Positions 26,824 through 35,976 of a stretch of DNA of 64,000 bases are shown here, piece by piece. The stretch is from assembly GCA_030592015.1 (NCBI GenBank), contig JAUUZY010000004.1:6905-70904 (forward strand), in the 5' to 3' direction. Both the position numbers and the translations under genes were made by a program. The notes beneath the pieces were generated by a model. The model was given only the letters and a program-made list of their open reading frames with translations, did no database searches and was not told the DNA's origin. Source of the stretch: Candidatus Peregrinibacteria bacterium (GTDB lineage Bacteria; Patescibacteriota; Gracilibacteria; UBA1369; LOWO2-01-FULL-3). Every line of letters starts with the position of its first letter. Within the stretch, counting starts at the first letter, position 1.

Positions 26824-27792
26824 CTAAAACTCCAAAGATTTTTTTGACATATCCTCAGAAACTATTCTATAGCTCTCCCCCTTTTCCAGTTTTCCTGAAA
26901 CAGAAAATCCCGAAGCCTTAGAATGTCCTCCTCCACCATATCTAGCTGCAACCTTAGAAAGATCTATATCATCATTTCTAGTTCTCAGAGACCCCTTCAC
27001 ATGCCCCCTCCTATCATCATTGATAAGCACTGCAAACTTTGTATCAGGAACCATATTCAAATACTCCACGGCACCCCCCAAACCTGCAGAACCATTTGTA
27101 GTCACAACCGACATTATCACTTTTCTTTTAGTAATATATGCATTCTCCAAAACCTTACCCCAGATCTTCAATTGAGAAACAGGTTTTGTATTGAACAAAA
27201 GTCGACTTACCTCCGCAATCTTTGCTCCCCTATTCATCAAATCAGCAGCAATCACATAAACTTCCCCGGATGTATTCGAATGCATAAAACTACCTGTATC
27301 ACCATATACTCCAGCCAATAAAGAAGTAGCCATCTTGCCATCAATAGGCACTCCCAACTCTGTGAATAAGCGATAAAGTATAACAGTAGTCGAAGCCGCC
27401 CCATCATCAATAATATTAAGACCCGCAAATCTATCATTAGAAGGGTGATGATCAATGTTTATACTCGGAACAGAGTCAAATAGATCGTCATACTTTTCAT
27501 GGAATCCAGTCATATAAGAAGCTGCAACATCCACGAAAATCAGCAAATCAAAAGAATTTAGATCAAATTTAGAAACAAAATCGTCAATATGAGGCAAAAA
27601 CCTCAAATCATCACTTGGCCGATCTATACAAGCCATAACCACCTCTTTCCCCTCTCTTCCAAGATAAATCTTCATGGCAACAGCAGACCCCAACGTATCA
27701 GCATCGGGTTTCCTGTGCGAAATAATCAGAATTCTATCTGCTTTTTCTACACACTTTTCAAATTTTCTATAGAGCCTCGCAAAACCCATCAA
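26824..27792 (-). CDS. nrnA: DHH/DHHA1 phosphoesterase (NrnA-like nanoRNase / pAp phosphatase)
   Basis: SHRKPDADTLGS, DVA, NIDHHPSN and a C-terminal GGGH motif. Confidence 0.8.
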   Translation of the reverse strand: MMGFARLYRKFEKCVEKADRILIISHRKPDADTLGSAVAMKIYLGREGKEVVMACIDRPSDDLRFLPHIDDFVSKFDLNSFDLLIFVDVAASYMTGFHEKYDDLFDSVPSINIDHHPSNDRFAGLNIIDDGAASTTVILYRLFTELGVPIDGKMATSLLAGVYGDTGSFMHSNTSGEVYVIAADLMNRGAKIAEVSRLLFNTKPVSQLKIWGKVLENAYITKRKVIMSVVTTNGSAGLGGAVEYLNMVPDTKFAVLINDDRRGHVKGSLRTRNDDIDLSKVAARYGGGGHSKASGFSVSGKLEKGESYRIVSEDMSKKSLEF

Positions 27793-27939
27793 ATAAAGTC
27801 ATTAAATAAAGAACTATATTATAATGACTTTTTAGGATTACGCAAGTGATAAAGGTCTCCACTAGGATATATGCATTTAAGGTTTATATTTTATTTTCTT
27901 GATAATACAATAGACACAAATACAAATAATCAAAAAAAA

Positions 27940-28851
27940 ATGAAAATAGTTTTCATGGGAACACCAGAGTTCGCAAGCACAATACTGGAAAGCCTAGCAA
28001 GAGATTCAAACATAGAAATACTTGCAGTTGTCACACAACCTGACAAAAAGGTAGGAAGAAAAGCAATCATGACTCCCCCAGCAGTAAAAGTAATCGCTCA
28101 AGAATTAGAAATAGAAGTTATACAACCAAAGGATAAAGAAGAAATAATAGAGGAATTGGATGGGATAGATGCAGATTTTTTCGTAGTTGTGGCATATGGG
28201 ATGATATTGCCGGAAGAAGTATTAGAAATGCCAAAACACGGAGCAATAAACGTACACGCCTCACTACTACCAAAATATCGAGGAGCATCCCCTATTCAGG
28301 AGTCACTTCTACACGGAGATAAACAAACAGGAGTCTCAATTATGCAAATGGATGAAAAACTCGATCACGGAGATATACATCTAGTAAGAAGAATAGAAAT
28401 AGAAAGAGATGACGATCTACAAACACTTACAAACAAGCTAGCAAGTCTGAGTGCCGAAATTATACCAACAGCTCTAAATGACATCCTGGGAAATGAGCTC
28501 CCAGCACTAGCACAGGATCATAGCAAAGCTACATATTGTTCAAAAATAAAAAAAGAAGACGGAAAAATAGATTGGAGTAAAAACGCAGAGGAAATTTTCA
28601 ATATGATCAGAGCATACAATCCATGGCCAGCAGCTCACACAGAATTCAACGGGAAAAAGTTAAAAATACTGGAAGCGGAAAGTTCTGAAGAAAATATTGA
28701 AACAGGAAAATTCATACTACAAGATGGGATCTTAAAAATAGGAGCAAAAAATGGAGCAATAATCCCATCAAGAGTTCAGCTGGAAGGGAAAAAAGAGATG
28801 GACGTAAAAGATTTCATAAACGGAAACAAACAGGCTATCGAGAGCCAATAA
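27940..28851 (+). CDS. fmt: methionyl-tRNA formyltransferase
   Basis: MKIVFMGTPEFA..., INVHASLLPKYRGASPIQ and a C-terminal OB-like domain. The ATG at 27940 is preferred over the upstream ORF-track start. Confidence 0.9.
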   Translation: MKIVFMGTPEFASTILESLARDSNIEILAVVTQPDKKVGRKAIMTPPAVKVIAQELEIEVIQPKDKEEIIEELDGIDADFFVVVAYGMILPEEVLEMPKHGAINVHASLLPKYRGASPIQESLLHGDKQTGVSIMQMDEKLDHGDIHLVRRIEIERDDDLQTLTNKLASLSAEIIPTALNDILGNELPALAQDHSKATYCSKIKKEDGKIDWSKNAEEIFNMIRAYNPWPAAHTEFNGKKLKILEAESSEENIETGKFILQDGILKIGAKNGAIIPSRVQLEGKKEMDVKDFINGNKQAIESQ

Positions 28852-30100
28852 GTTCTCTGCCGGTGAGACCAAAAACAATCCACAACAACGCCTGCCCTTG
28901 GTACAGGGTGAAAAAATAATGATCAAAGTTTCCTAAAACAAAAACGACCAACAATAGTGAAAAAACTAAGGGAGACCGTTTCCACAATCCCCAAAAACCA
29001 AAAACAAATATCAAAATCAAAGATAAAAATCCCTGAATCCCCATTTCATTCAAAACCAATAAAAATAAATTGTGTACTGGTTGAAAAAACCAAGGAACTA
29101 TTTTTAAATCAGCATAATTTTGCATTTCTAAAGTAAAATTGCCCAATCCAATTCCAAAGGGATTAGTAAAAAACATCTCTCGACTAATATCAAAATAGAA
29201 AAGTCTCTCCGAAAATCCAGCAAAGTCACCAAGGAAAATTCTATCCTGCAAGACTGAAGAAAAACCAAGAAAAACTCCAAGTATCAAAACAAAAAACACT
29301 GCCCACAATAAATATTTAAAAATCTTCCTATCGGCAGACAAAAGAAAGTAAACAGCCAGCCCAATAATTAATGCAAGAAAAGCACTTCTTGAAAAAGTTA
29401 GCAAAAGCCCCAACAAACAAATCCCCAAGAAAACAGAAAACAAGATTTTTGACTCTTTTAAGCCATTTAAGACAAGGAGAATTGCAAAAACCAAATAAGC
29501 GGCAAAAAGATTCGGATGAGGAAATGTTCCATAAGCCCTAAGCAAATCGCCACCACTCAAAGCAACCTTCGCAACTGATTTCATATCAGAGGACAAAAGA
29601 GATTCACCCAAAACCCCCAAGCCAAGTGACTGCTGAAAAAAGTACTGAAAAATTCCTAAAATCGCATTTAAGAAAACAGAAGCAATCAAAACATTAAACA
29701 AAGTCTTATTTTTCAATCCTCCAAAAACCAATATCAAATAAAGAAAGAAAAATTCAAGAAGGCGAAAGAGATGAAAAATAGAATTCTCAAAATTTTGCGA
29801 AATAAATACAGAAAGAACAGAAAAAATTAGAAACGCTAAAACAGCAAAGAAAAAATAGTAGTAAATTTTAGGGACACTTCGCTTTTTCTTCTTTTTTCCA
29901 AAAAATAAAGTCAAAGAAAAAAACAAAAGAGCCAGCAATAAAAACAAATCCCCTATATAAAGGAAATATCCCATGTAAGGATTCGAAAACCCAGAGACAA
30001 AAACATCAGGAACAAACAAAAAGGTTTTTATCTGAAAAGGCAAAACCGCAAAGAATGCATAGGAAAACCACCTGGCTAATATCAATAAAGTTTTATTCAT
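28835..30100 (-). CDS. O-antigen ligase / Wzy-like polytopic membrane protein
   Basis: At least 10 TM helices and a central FSRSAFLALIIG loop region typical of Wzy_C. The start is uncertain (ATGs at 30100, 30118 and 30145). The 30100 start overlaps the upstream stop as ATGAATAA. Confidence 0.45.
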   Translation of the reverse strand: MNKTLLILARWFSYAFFAVLPFQIKTFLFVPDVFVSGFSNPYMGYFLYIGDLFLLLALLFFSLTLFFGKKKKKRSVPKIYYYFFFAVLAFLIFSVLSVFISQNFENSIFHLFRLLEFFFLYLILVFGGLKNKTLFNVLIASVFLNAILGIFQYFFQQSLGLGVLGESLLSSDMKSVAKVALSGGDLLRAYGTFPHPNLFAAYLVFAILLVLNGLKESKILFSVFLGICLLGLLLTFSRSAFLALIIGLAVYFLLSADRKIFKYLLWAVFFVLILGVFLGFSSVLQDRIFLGDFAGFSERLFYFDISREMFFTNPFGIGLGNFTLEMQNYADLKIVPWFFQPVHNLFLLVLNEMGIQGFLSLILIFVFGFWGLWKRSPLVFSLLLVVFVLGNFDHYFFTLYQGQALLWIVFGLTGRELIGSR

Positions 30101-31511
30101 CAGATTCAATTTCTTCATCCGAAATCGGAACAATGTAGCCACCATCAGGAAGAAGCTCCGTTATCAAATCCTGCGCATCAACCAATGGCTTTCGTGAAGC
30201 TCCCTCAAGATTCGCCAAAGTAATTACATCCTCAAAAATACTTTTATACGTAGAGAAATCTACTATTGGAAAACTTTCAGCATAACCAACTTGTGAAGCA
30301 AATACACCATATATAGGAGTCTGCTTTTGCCCTTCAATCATATCACGGCGACCACTGGGTTTATGCAATTTATCAAAATAGTAATCTTGATTCTCCCTTG
30401 AAGTTAAGAATATCAAAAAGTCCCACGCAATGTCCGAATGTTCAGAATTCCTTGAAACCCCTTCAGCAAAATAGCTTGCATAAGTAACCCTCTTTTCATT
30501 AGAAACATTAGGATCATAAAGCTGTGGAATTTGAGAAATCTTAACAACATCTTTATCTATTGTAGCAATCCCATTCGTATTTAATAAATTAATTTGATTA
30601 AGAATTTGTTCGTAAGTAAAAGGATAACCAATAATCATAGATACATCACCTCGTGCAAAAGCTTCCACCTCTTGCCCATCGCTATCTGCAATAAATTCAT
30701 TCCATGAAAATTGTTTTTGAGTTTCATCAGCAAAACCGATAAATAATTCCAAAGCGGAAAACCCAGGATAATCACCAACTCCATCCTGCCTGCCTGCAAA
30801 AATTGCCTCAGACATATTTTCATTATAAAACTCAGCACCATGCTGAAGCAAAAGAAGATACAAAATATCAACAGCACGACTAATATTATCCACCCTTCCA
30901 AGAGCAATTCCGGAAACTTCAAATCTTGAGAAACTATTATCCTCCTTATTTAACAAGGAAACATCCTCTTTAATCCCCTCCCAAGTACTTGCAGGTTTTC
31001 CACGAGACGGAATTCTATCCTCAAAATGATCCTTGTTGTAATACAAAGCCAAAGTATCCACAGACATAGGCAAAGCATAAACACCTTCCCGTCCATTTTC
31101 ATCAACACGAACCAAATCCTTATAAGCAACATCTACAAAAGTATTGGCAAAGTCCTGAGGACTTCCAAATTCTCTAGGCATAGGACTAAGTTTCTTCAAA
31201 TTACTGGCAAACCATGTATTTTGCATAGAAAAAATATCCGGCCCCTCCCCTTCAGCCATCTCATTCAAAACAAGATCAACATATTCATCAAAATCATTGA
31301 ATTTTCTATAATTAATCTTTAACCCATGATGATCAGCCTCATATTGATTAATAATCGGCTCAATTATATCTGCATCATCAAAAACTTTATAAAAAGTAAG
31401 CTCAACACCAGTGTAATCCACTTTTTCTTCGACAGTCTTTTTCAACTGACATCCAGACAAAGCAACAGAGAGAATCAAAGTGAAAACAATAATACTAAAG
31501 TTTTTAAACAT
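30093..31511 (-). CDS. extracellular solute-binding lipoprotein (SBP family 1-like)
   Basis: ATG at 31511 gives MFKNFSIIVFTLILSVALSGC (lipobox LSGC). The body resembles sugar-type ABC SBPs (KINYRKF..., GPDIFSMQNTW). No permease or ATPase gene is nearby. Confidence 0.6.
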   Translation of the reverse strand: MFKNFSIIVFTLILSVALSGCQLKKTVEEKVDYTGVELTFYKVFDDADIIEPIINQYEADHHGLKINYRKFNDFDEYVDLVLNEMAEGEGPDIFSMQNTWFASNLKKLSPMPREFGSPQDFANTFVDVAYKDLVRVDENGREGVYALPMSVDTLALYYNKDHFEDRIPSRGKPASTWEGIKEDVSLLNKEDNSFSRFEVSGIALGRVDNISRAVDILYLLLLQHGAEFYNENMSEAIFAGRQDGVGDYPGFSALELFIGFADETQKQFSWNEFIADSDGQEVEAFARGDVSMIIGYPFTYEQILNQINLLNTNGIATIDKDVVKISQIPQLYDPNVSNEKRVTYASYFAEGVSRNSEHSDIAWDFLIFLTSRENQDYYFDKLHKPSGRRDMIEGQKQTPIYGVFASQVGYAESFPIVDFSTYKSIFEDVITLANLEGASRKPLVDAQDLITELLPDGGYIVPISDEEIESDE

Positions 31512-31558
31512 ATGAATGAGGGTAAAATTAAGATTATTTTGAACAACAATTTGACATA

Positions 31559-31864
31559 CTAGCCACAAGAACCAGAACCACAACCACCTTTACATCCAAA
31601 AACATCACCAGTACTTGCACAACCACTACTACACCTACTATCAGCAGATTTTACAAGACTGCTAAGATCAGACATTAATTTTTCAGAATCCAAGTCACCG
31701 GTCTTTGGACAGAAAAGTTTACTCGGGTAAAAAGAGTTCTCCACATCACGAGCTAGATTTTCACCTCCACAAGAAACACAGGAGATAGCATTTTTCATGC
31801 CCTTCGAAACAAGATGTTCAAACAGAGACAAACAATCCAAACATTTAAACTGAAAGATTGGCAT
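31559..31864 (-). CDS. FmdB-family zinc-ribbon protein with a Cys/Gly-rich tail
   Basis: MPIFQFKCLDCLSLFEHL...CVSCGG is the CxxC...CxxC ribbon. The C-terminus is CSSGCASTGDVFGCKGGCGSGSCG. Confidence 0.6.
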   Translation of the reverse strand: MPIFQFKCLDCLSLFEHLVSKGMKNAISCVSCGGENLARDVENSFYPSKLFCPKTGDLDSEKLMSDLSSLVKSADSRCSSGCASTGDVFGCKGGCGSGSCG

Positions 31865-31895
31865 AAAATAAATATCAAATACTGTTTTATTATAG

Positions 31896-31956
31896 AAAAA
31901 AAACAGAAAAATAAAAGAGAAAAGGACACACCCTCTTAAAATGCGTCCCTTTTCTC
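31896..31956 (-). terminator. rho-independent terminator candidate downstream of ssb
   Basis: On the minus strand, GAGAAAAGGGAC...GTCCTTTTCTC forms a stem of about 11 bp with one bulge. It is followed by TTTTATTTTTCTGTTTTTTTT. Confidence 0.55.
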
Positions 31957-31978
31957 CCTTATCCTGGAATAATTCCTA

Positions 31979-32389
31979 TTATGCCACAACTGCTTCCTCC
32001 TCCTCTTTTTCCTCTGAAATAGGCTCAATACCTAACTCTTGATCACCATCTTTGGTCTTTTTCCAGGTAAGTATATTTAAATTTTCAGCAACAATCTCCG
32101 CTCGATAGTGTTTTTCACCACTTTTGGACTCAAAAGAACGATTGATAAGCTTACCCTCTAGGTAAACAGCAACTCCTTTTGCAAGATACTTGTCACAAAT
32201 CTCTCCCAACTTCCCCCAAGCAACAATTCGATGAAAATCAGCAACTTCTCGCTTTTCCCCATCCTTATCCTTGGTCATCCGGTTAGTAGCTACAGGAAAA
32301 GTAGCTAAGGTTTTTCCGGTTTTGGTCTGTCTGAAATCAACATCAGCAGCCAGGTGTCCCATTAGGGTCACTCGATTCAAACTTCTCAT
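31979..32389 (-). CDS. ssb: single-stranded DNA-binding protein
   Basis: The OB fold is MRSLNRVTLMGHLAADVDFRQTKTGKTLATFPVATN...HRIVAWGKL. The protein is short (136 aa) with the acidic tail EEKEEEEAVVA. Confidence 0.85.
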   Translation of the reverse strand: MRSLNRVTLMGHLAADVDFRQTKTGKTLATFPVATNRMTKDKDGEKREVADFHRIVAWGKLGEICDKYLAKGVAVYLEGKLINRSFESKSGEKHYRAEIVAENLNILTWKKTKDGDQELGIEPISEEKEEEEAVVA

Positions 32390-32509
32390 AGTTCAATTCG
32401 TTAAAAAAATAGTAACTAATAAATAGCAGGACAAGATTAAAAATTGATTAAAAGATCTTAAATTTTTCCTAAAAAAAGGGTAGTATCCTTGTGAATTTAA
32501 CAATAAACA

Positions 32510-33145
32510 ATGTTTACAGGAATCATTCAGGAACTAGGGAAAATCACTAAGATTGAAAAAGGGAAAGAAAAAACAACTTTCACAATCAAAGCGAAAGAAA
32601 TTTTAGAAGAAAAAAAAGTCGGGCAATCCATCGCAGTAAACGGAGCATGCATGACAATAACTGAGATTGAAAAAGAATCATTCAAATTTGACGCAATACC
32701 AGAATCACTAGATCTGACTAATTTAGGCCTAACAAAACAAGATGAGGAAGTAAATCTGGAAGCTGCACTCAAACTGAACCAATCACTGGACGGACATTTG
32801 GTTCAAGGACATGTTGATTCAATGGCAGAAGTATTATCATTCAACAAAAATAATGGCAAAGTAGTACTAAAAATAAAAATTCCTAAAGGAATGGAAAAAT
32901 ATTTTGCCCTAAAAGGGTCAATAAGCATAAACGGCGTAAGCCTGACGATTTCATTTCTAAACACAAGCAGTTTTTCAGTTGATCTCATTCCACACACACT
33001 CAAAGAAACAAATTTAAAAAACTTAAAAAAGGGAAACAAGGTAAACTTGGAAATAGATATAATAGCAAGATACCTACAAAGACAATTGGACAACAAAGAA
33101 GGAGAATCAAAATATTCATACCTCCTAGAAAGAGGATTTATTTAA
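32510..33145 (+). CDS. ribE: riboflavin synthase (alpha chain)
   Basis: MFTGIIQELGKI and a duplicated lumazine-binding barrel (NGACMTI / NGVSLTI). Confidence 0.9.
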   Translation: MFTGIIQELGKITKIEKGKEKTTFTIKAKEILEEKKVGQSIAVNGACMTITEIEKESFKFDAIPESLDLTNLGLTKQDEEVNLEAALKLNQSLDGHLVQGHVDSMAEVLSFNKNNGKVVLKIKIPKGMEKYFALKGSISINGVSLTISFLNTSSFSVDLIPHTLKETNLKNLKKGNKVNLEIDIIARYLQRQLDNKEGESKYSYLLERGFI

Positions 33146-33154
33146 CAATAAAAT

Positions 33155-33613
33155 ATGAAACTTGAAAACAATCAAGAAATAAAAATAGATGGAGAATTGC
33201 TAAAAGTAGTAATAGTACTCCCCTACTTCAACGAAATAATTGGAACGGAATTACTAGACAATGCAAATCAGGAACTCCTTGCAAACAATGTACAGCCAGA
33301 AAACATAGAAATAGTAAGAACCAGCGGAGCATTGGAGATCCCATATGCATGTAAAAAAATAATTCAGGACAAAAATCCGGACATAATAATTGCACTAGGA
33401 GTAATTATTCGAGGCGAAACCACACACTATGACCTTGTATCAGAAAATACATACAGAGGAATCATGAAAGTCCAACTAGAGACAGGAACACCGATATCAT
33501 TTGGAATTATCAGCTGTGAAAACGAAGCACAAGCAAAAGAAAGAGCAAGCAAGGACGGCCTAAACAAGGGGAAAGACGCAGCACAAGCAGCATTACTACA
33601 AACAATCATATAA
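33155..33613 (+). CDS. ribH: 6,7-dimethyl-8-ribityllumazine synthase
   Basis: 152 aa with VRTSGALEIPYA, ALGVIIRGETTHYDLV and FGII motifs. Confidence 0.85.
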   Translation: MKLENNQEIKIDGELLKVVIVLPYFNEIIGTELLDNANQELLANNVQPENIEIVRTSGALEIPYACKKIIQDKNPDIIIALGVIIRGETTHYDLVSENTYRGIMKVQLETGTPISFGIISCENEAQAKERASKDGLNKGKDAAQAALLQTII

Positions 33614-33625
33614 TCTTCACTTCAA

Positions 33626-34816
33626 ATGAAAATAAAAACAATAAAGGAAATTCCTGAAATAAAAGGAAAGAAAATCTTTCTAAGAGTGGACTTTAACGTC
33701 CCCATAAAAGACAAAAAAATCCAAGATGACAGTAGAATCAAACAATCAATCCCAACAATAAAATATCTTCAAGAAAAAGGAGCAAAATTAATAATCGCAA
33801 GCCATCTAGGCAGACCAAAAGGAGAAATAAAAGAGGAATTAAGACTGGATAAAGTTGCTACACGACTATCAGAACTTATGGGGATTTCTATAAAAAAATT
33901 AGACGAAGTAATAAGCGATAACGTAAGAAAAGAAGTAGAAAACATGAAGGAAGGAGAAATAATTGTTTTGGAAAACATACGATTCAAAGCTGAAGAAGAA
34001 ACAAATGACGAAAATTTCAGCAAAGAACTCGCAGAACTTGTAGACATTTATGTAAATGATGCATTCGGAACCGCACATAGAAAACATGCATCAACATTTG
34101 GTATAGCAAAACACCTACCGGCATACGGAGGACTACTTATAGAGAAAGAACTAGAAGCACTATCCCCTCTTATTGAAAAAGAACCGGCAAGACCATTAAC
34201 AATGATCCTTGGAGGAGCCAAAATTGACACTAAAATTGGAGTAATAAGAAACTTTATCGACAAAGTCGACTATCTACTTCTGGGAGGAGGACTTGCAAAC
34301 ACATTTTTATATGCACTGGGACACGACATCGGAGAATCCCTATGCGAAAAAGACAAAGTGGAAGTCGCGAAAGAAATAATCACAGAATTTGAAAAGCAGA
34401 ACGCAAAACTGATATTCCCAACCGACGTAATTGTAGCAACAGAGTTATCAAATGAAGCAGATGCATCGGAACTTTCAATTGAAGACGTCAGCGGAGATAT
34501 GAAAATTTTGGACATAGGAAAGGATTCAACAGAAAAATACTGCGAGATTATAAAAAAATCCGGAACAGTGATCTGGAACGGACCAGTTGGTGTCTATGAA
34601 TTTGAACCATTTAAAGGGGGAACAGAAAAAATAGCAAAATGCATAGCAAACAATGAAGCCAACTCAATCATAGGAGGCGGAGACACTGCAGACGCAATAA
34701 AAAAGCTAGGATTTGATGAGAAATCATTCACTCACATATCAACAGGTGGTGGAGCATGCATAGAGTTCCTAGAAGGCAAAGTATTACCGGGAATACAAGC
34801 CATAGCACTTTCTTAA
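33626..34816 (+). CDS. pgk: phosphoglycerate kinase
   Basis: [24 protein letters not shown] and STGGGA motifs. 396 aa. Confidence 0.95.
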   Translation: MKIKTIKEIPEIKGKKIFLRVDFNVPIKDKKIQDDSRIKQSIPTIKYLQEKGAKLIIASHLGRPKGEIKEELRLDKVATRLSELMGISIKKLDEVISDNVRKEVENMKEGEIIVLENIRFKAEEETNDENFSKELAELVDIYVNDAFGTAHRKHASTFGIAKHLPAYGGLLIEKELEALSPLIEKEPARPLTMILGGAKIDTKIGVIRNFIDKVDYLLLGGGLANTFLYALGHDIGESLCEKDKVEVAKEIITEFEKQNAKLIFPTDVIVATELSNEADASELSIEDVSGDMKILDIGKDSTEKYCEIIKKSGTVIWNGPVGVYEFEPFKGGTEKIAKCIANNEANSIIGGGDTADAIKKLGFDEKSFTHISTGGGACIEFLEGKVLPGIQAIALS

Positions 34817-35187
34817 GCAATTGCTATACAGTCTATTTCAACTTTTACACCTTTGGGCAAATTACTGACCTCCACGGTCGCACGTGCAGGCTTATTTTCC
34901 CCATCAAAATATTCAGCATACACTTCATTCACAGCTTGAAAATCATTCATATCAGTCAAATAGATTGTAGTCTTCACAACACTCAGCAAATCGCTCTCAG
35001 CAGACATCAAAACAGAGGATAGATTTTCCATTACCTGCTCTGTCTGCTCTGCAGCAGTCCCCTCTACAAGCTCTCCCTCAGAGTTAATTGCAATTTGACC
35101 ACTACAAAATATAAAACCATTAGCCTTCACCGCTTGTGAATATGGACCTATCGCAGATGGTGCATTTTCAGTTTGAATAATCTCCAT
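34813..35187 (-). CDS. ridA: RidA/YjgF family reactive-intermediate deaminase
   Basis: [12 protein letters not shown]...FCSGQI...PARATVEV is the family signature. Confidence 0.85.
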   Translation of the reverse strand: MEIIQTENAPSAIGPYSQAVKANGFIFCSGQIAINSEGELVEGTAAEQTEQVMENLSSVLMSAESDLLSVVKTTIYLTDMNDFQAVNEVYAEYFDGENKPARATVEVSNLPKGVKVEIDCIAIA

Positions 35188-35196
35188 AAAATAAAA

Positions 35197-35976
35197 TTAG
35201 ATAATAAATTCCCCCTCAGAAATCTTCTCAGGAGTCCTCTGCCTCCTTCTATCCTTTAAATTGCTTATTTTTTTACGCAAAGCACTCCTCCAACCAAAAA
35301 GTCTCACCCTTTCACTAAATCTTAAATTTAAATTATTGAACAATTTATCACTCAGAGAATAAACACCGGAAGCAATGAATGGAGCCGCAAATACATCAAT
35401 CGAATAGTGAATATGCATCAGCAAAACGGTTGCAGCCTCCACAAAAGTTCCAGCAAGTAAAACCCACCTAAGTTTAGACTTTCTAAACAATAAAAACCCC
35501 ATAAATGGAACCGCTGTATGCCCAGAGAAAAACAAATCATTCCTAAAAATAAAATGAGAAAGCACATCTTCACCAGGGGCCGAAAGATCATAAAAATGCC
35601 CAAAAGGAGGACCAAAGTCAGTCAAAATAATAAATCCGGATCGCAAAAAATAAAGAATAGCAAAAGTCTTAAGAGCAAAAGGGATTATCTCAGGCTTAAC
35701 AAAAACAGGATAAATGATTACAAGAGCAACCAATCCATACATAACCCAGCTATAAAAAAACTCCATATTATAAGTAGGAATATTATCCAGAATAGCATCT
35801 CCAACAGAAATAAAAGTCTCACTATCATTGTAAACACTCGCATAATGATTAAGAAGAAACGCTGATGCCAACAAAATCAGGCCAACTAACAAAGAAATAT
35901 TAAAAGTTGAATCCTTGAGCAAGACCTTCCAATCCGATCCTAATTTTTTAAAATAAGTTCTAATCATTTTTTCCAT
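35197..35976 (-). CDS. PAP2_C / sphingomyelin-synthase-like membrane protein
   Basis: Multi-TM protein carrying FFSGHTAVPF and HIHYSIDVFAAP, which match the SGHT and HYxxDV motifs of the SMS/PAP2_C family. The start is set at ATG 35976 (alternative 35967). The ORF-track start at 36072 lies inside the upstream gene. Confidence 0.55.
   Translation of the reverse strand: MEKMIRTYFKKLGSDWKVLLKDSTFNISLLVGLILLASAFLLNHYASVYNDSETFISVGDAILDNIPTYNMEFFYSWVMYGLVALVIIYPVFVKPEIIPFALKTFAILYFLRSGFIILTDFGPPFGHFYDLSAPGEDVLSHFIFRNDLFFSGHTAVPFMGFLLFRKSKLRWVLLAGTFVEAATVLLMHIHYSIDVFAAPFIASGVYSLSDKLFNNLNLRFSERVRLFGWRSALRKKISNLKDRRRQRTPEKISEGEFII

Noticed and set aside
32390-32509. A possible FMN riboswitch upstream of ribE.
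   Set aside because: The spacer is only 120 nt and very AT-rich. I cannot find the conserved FMN-element core sequences or helices.
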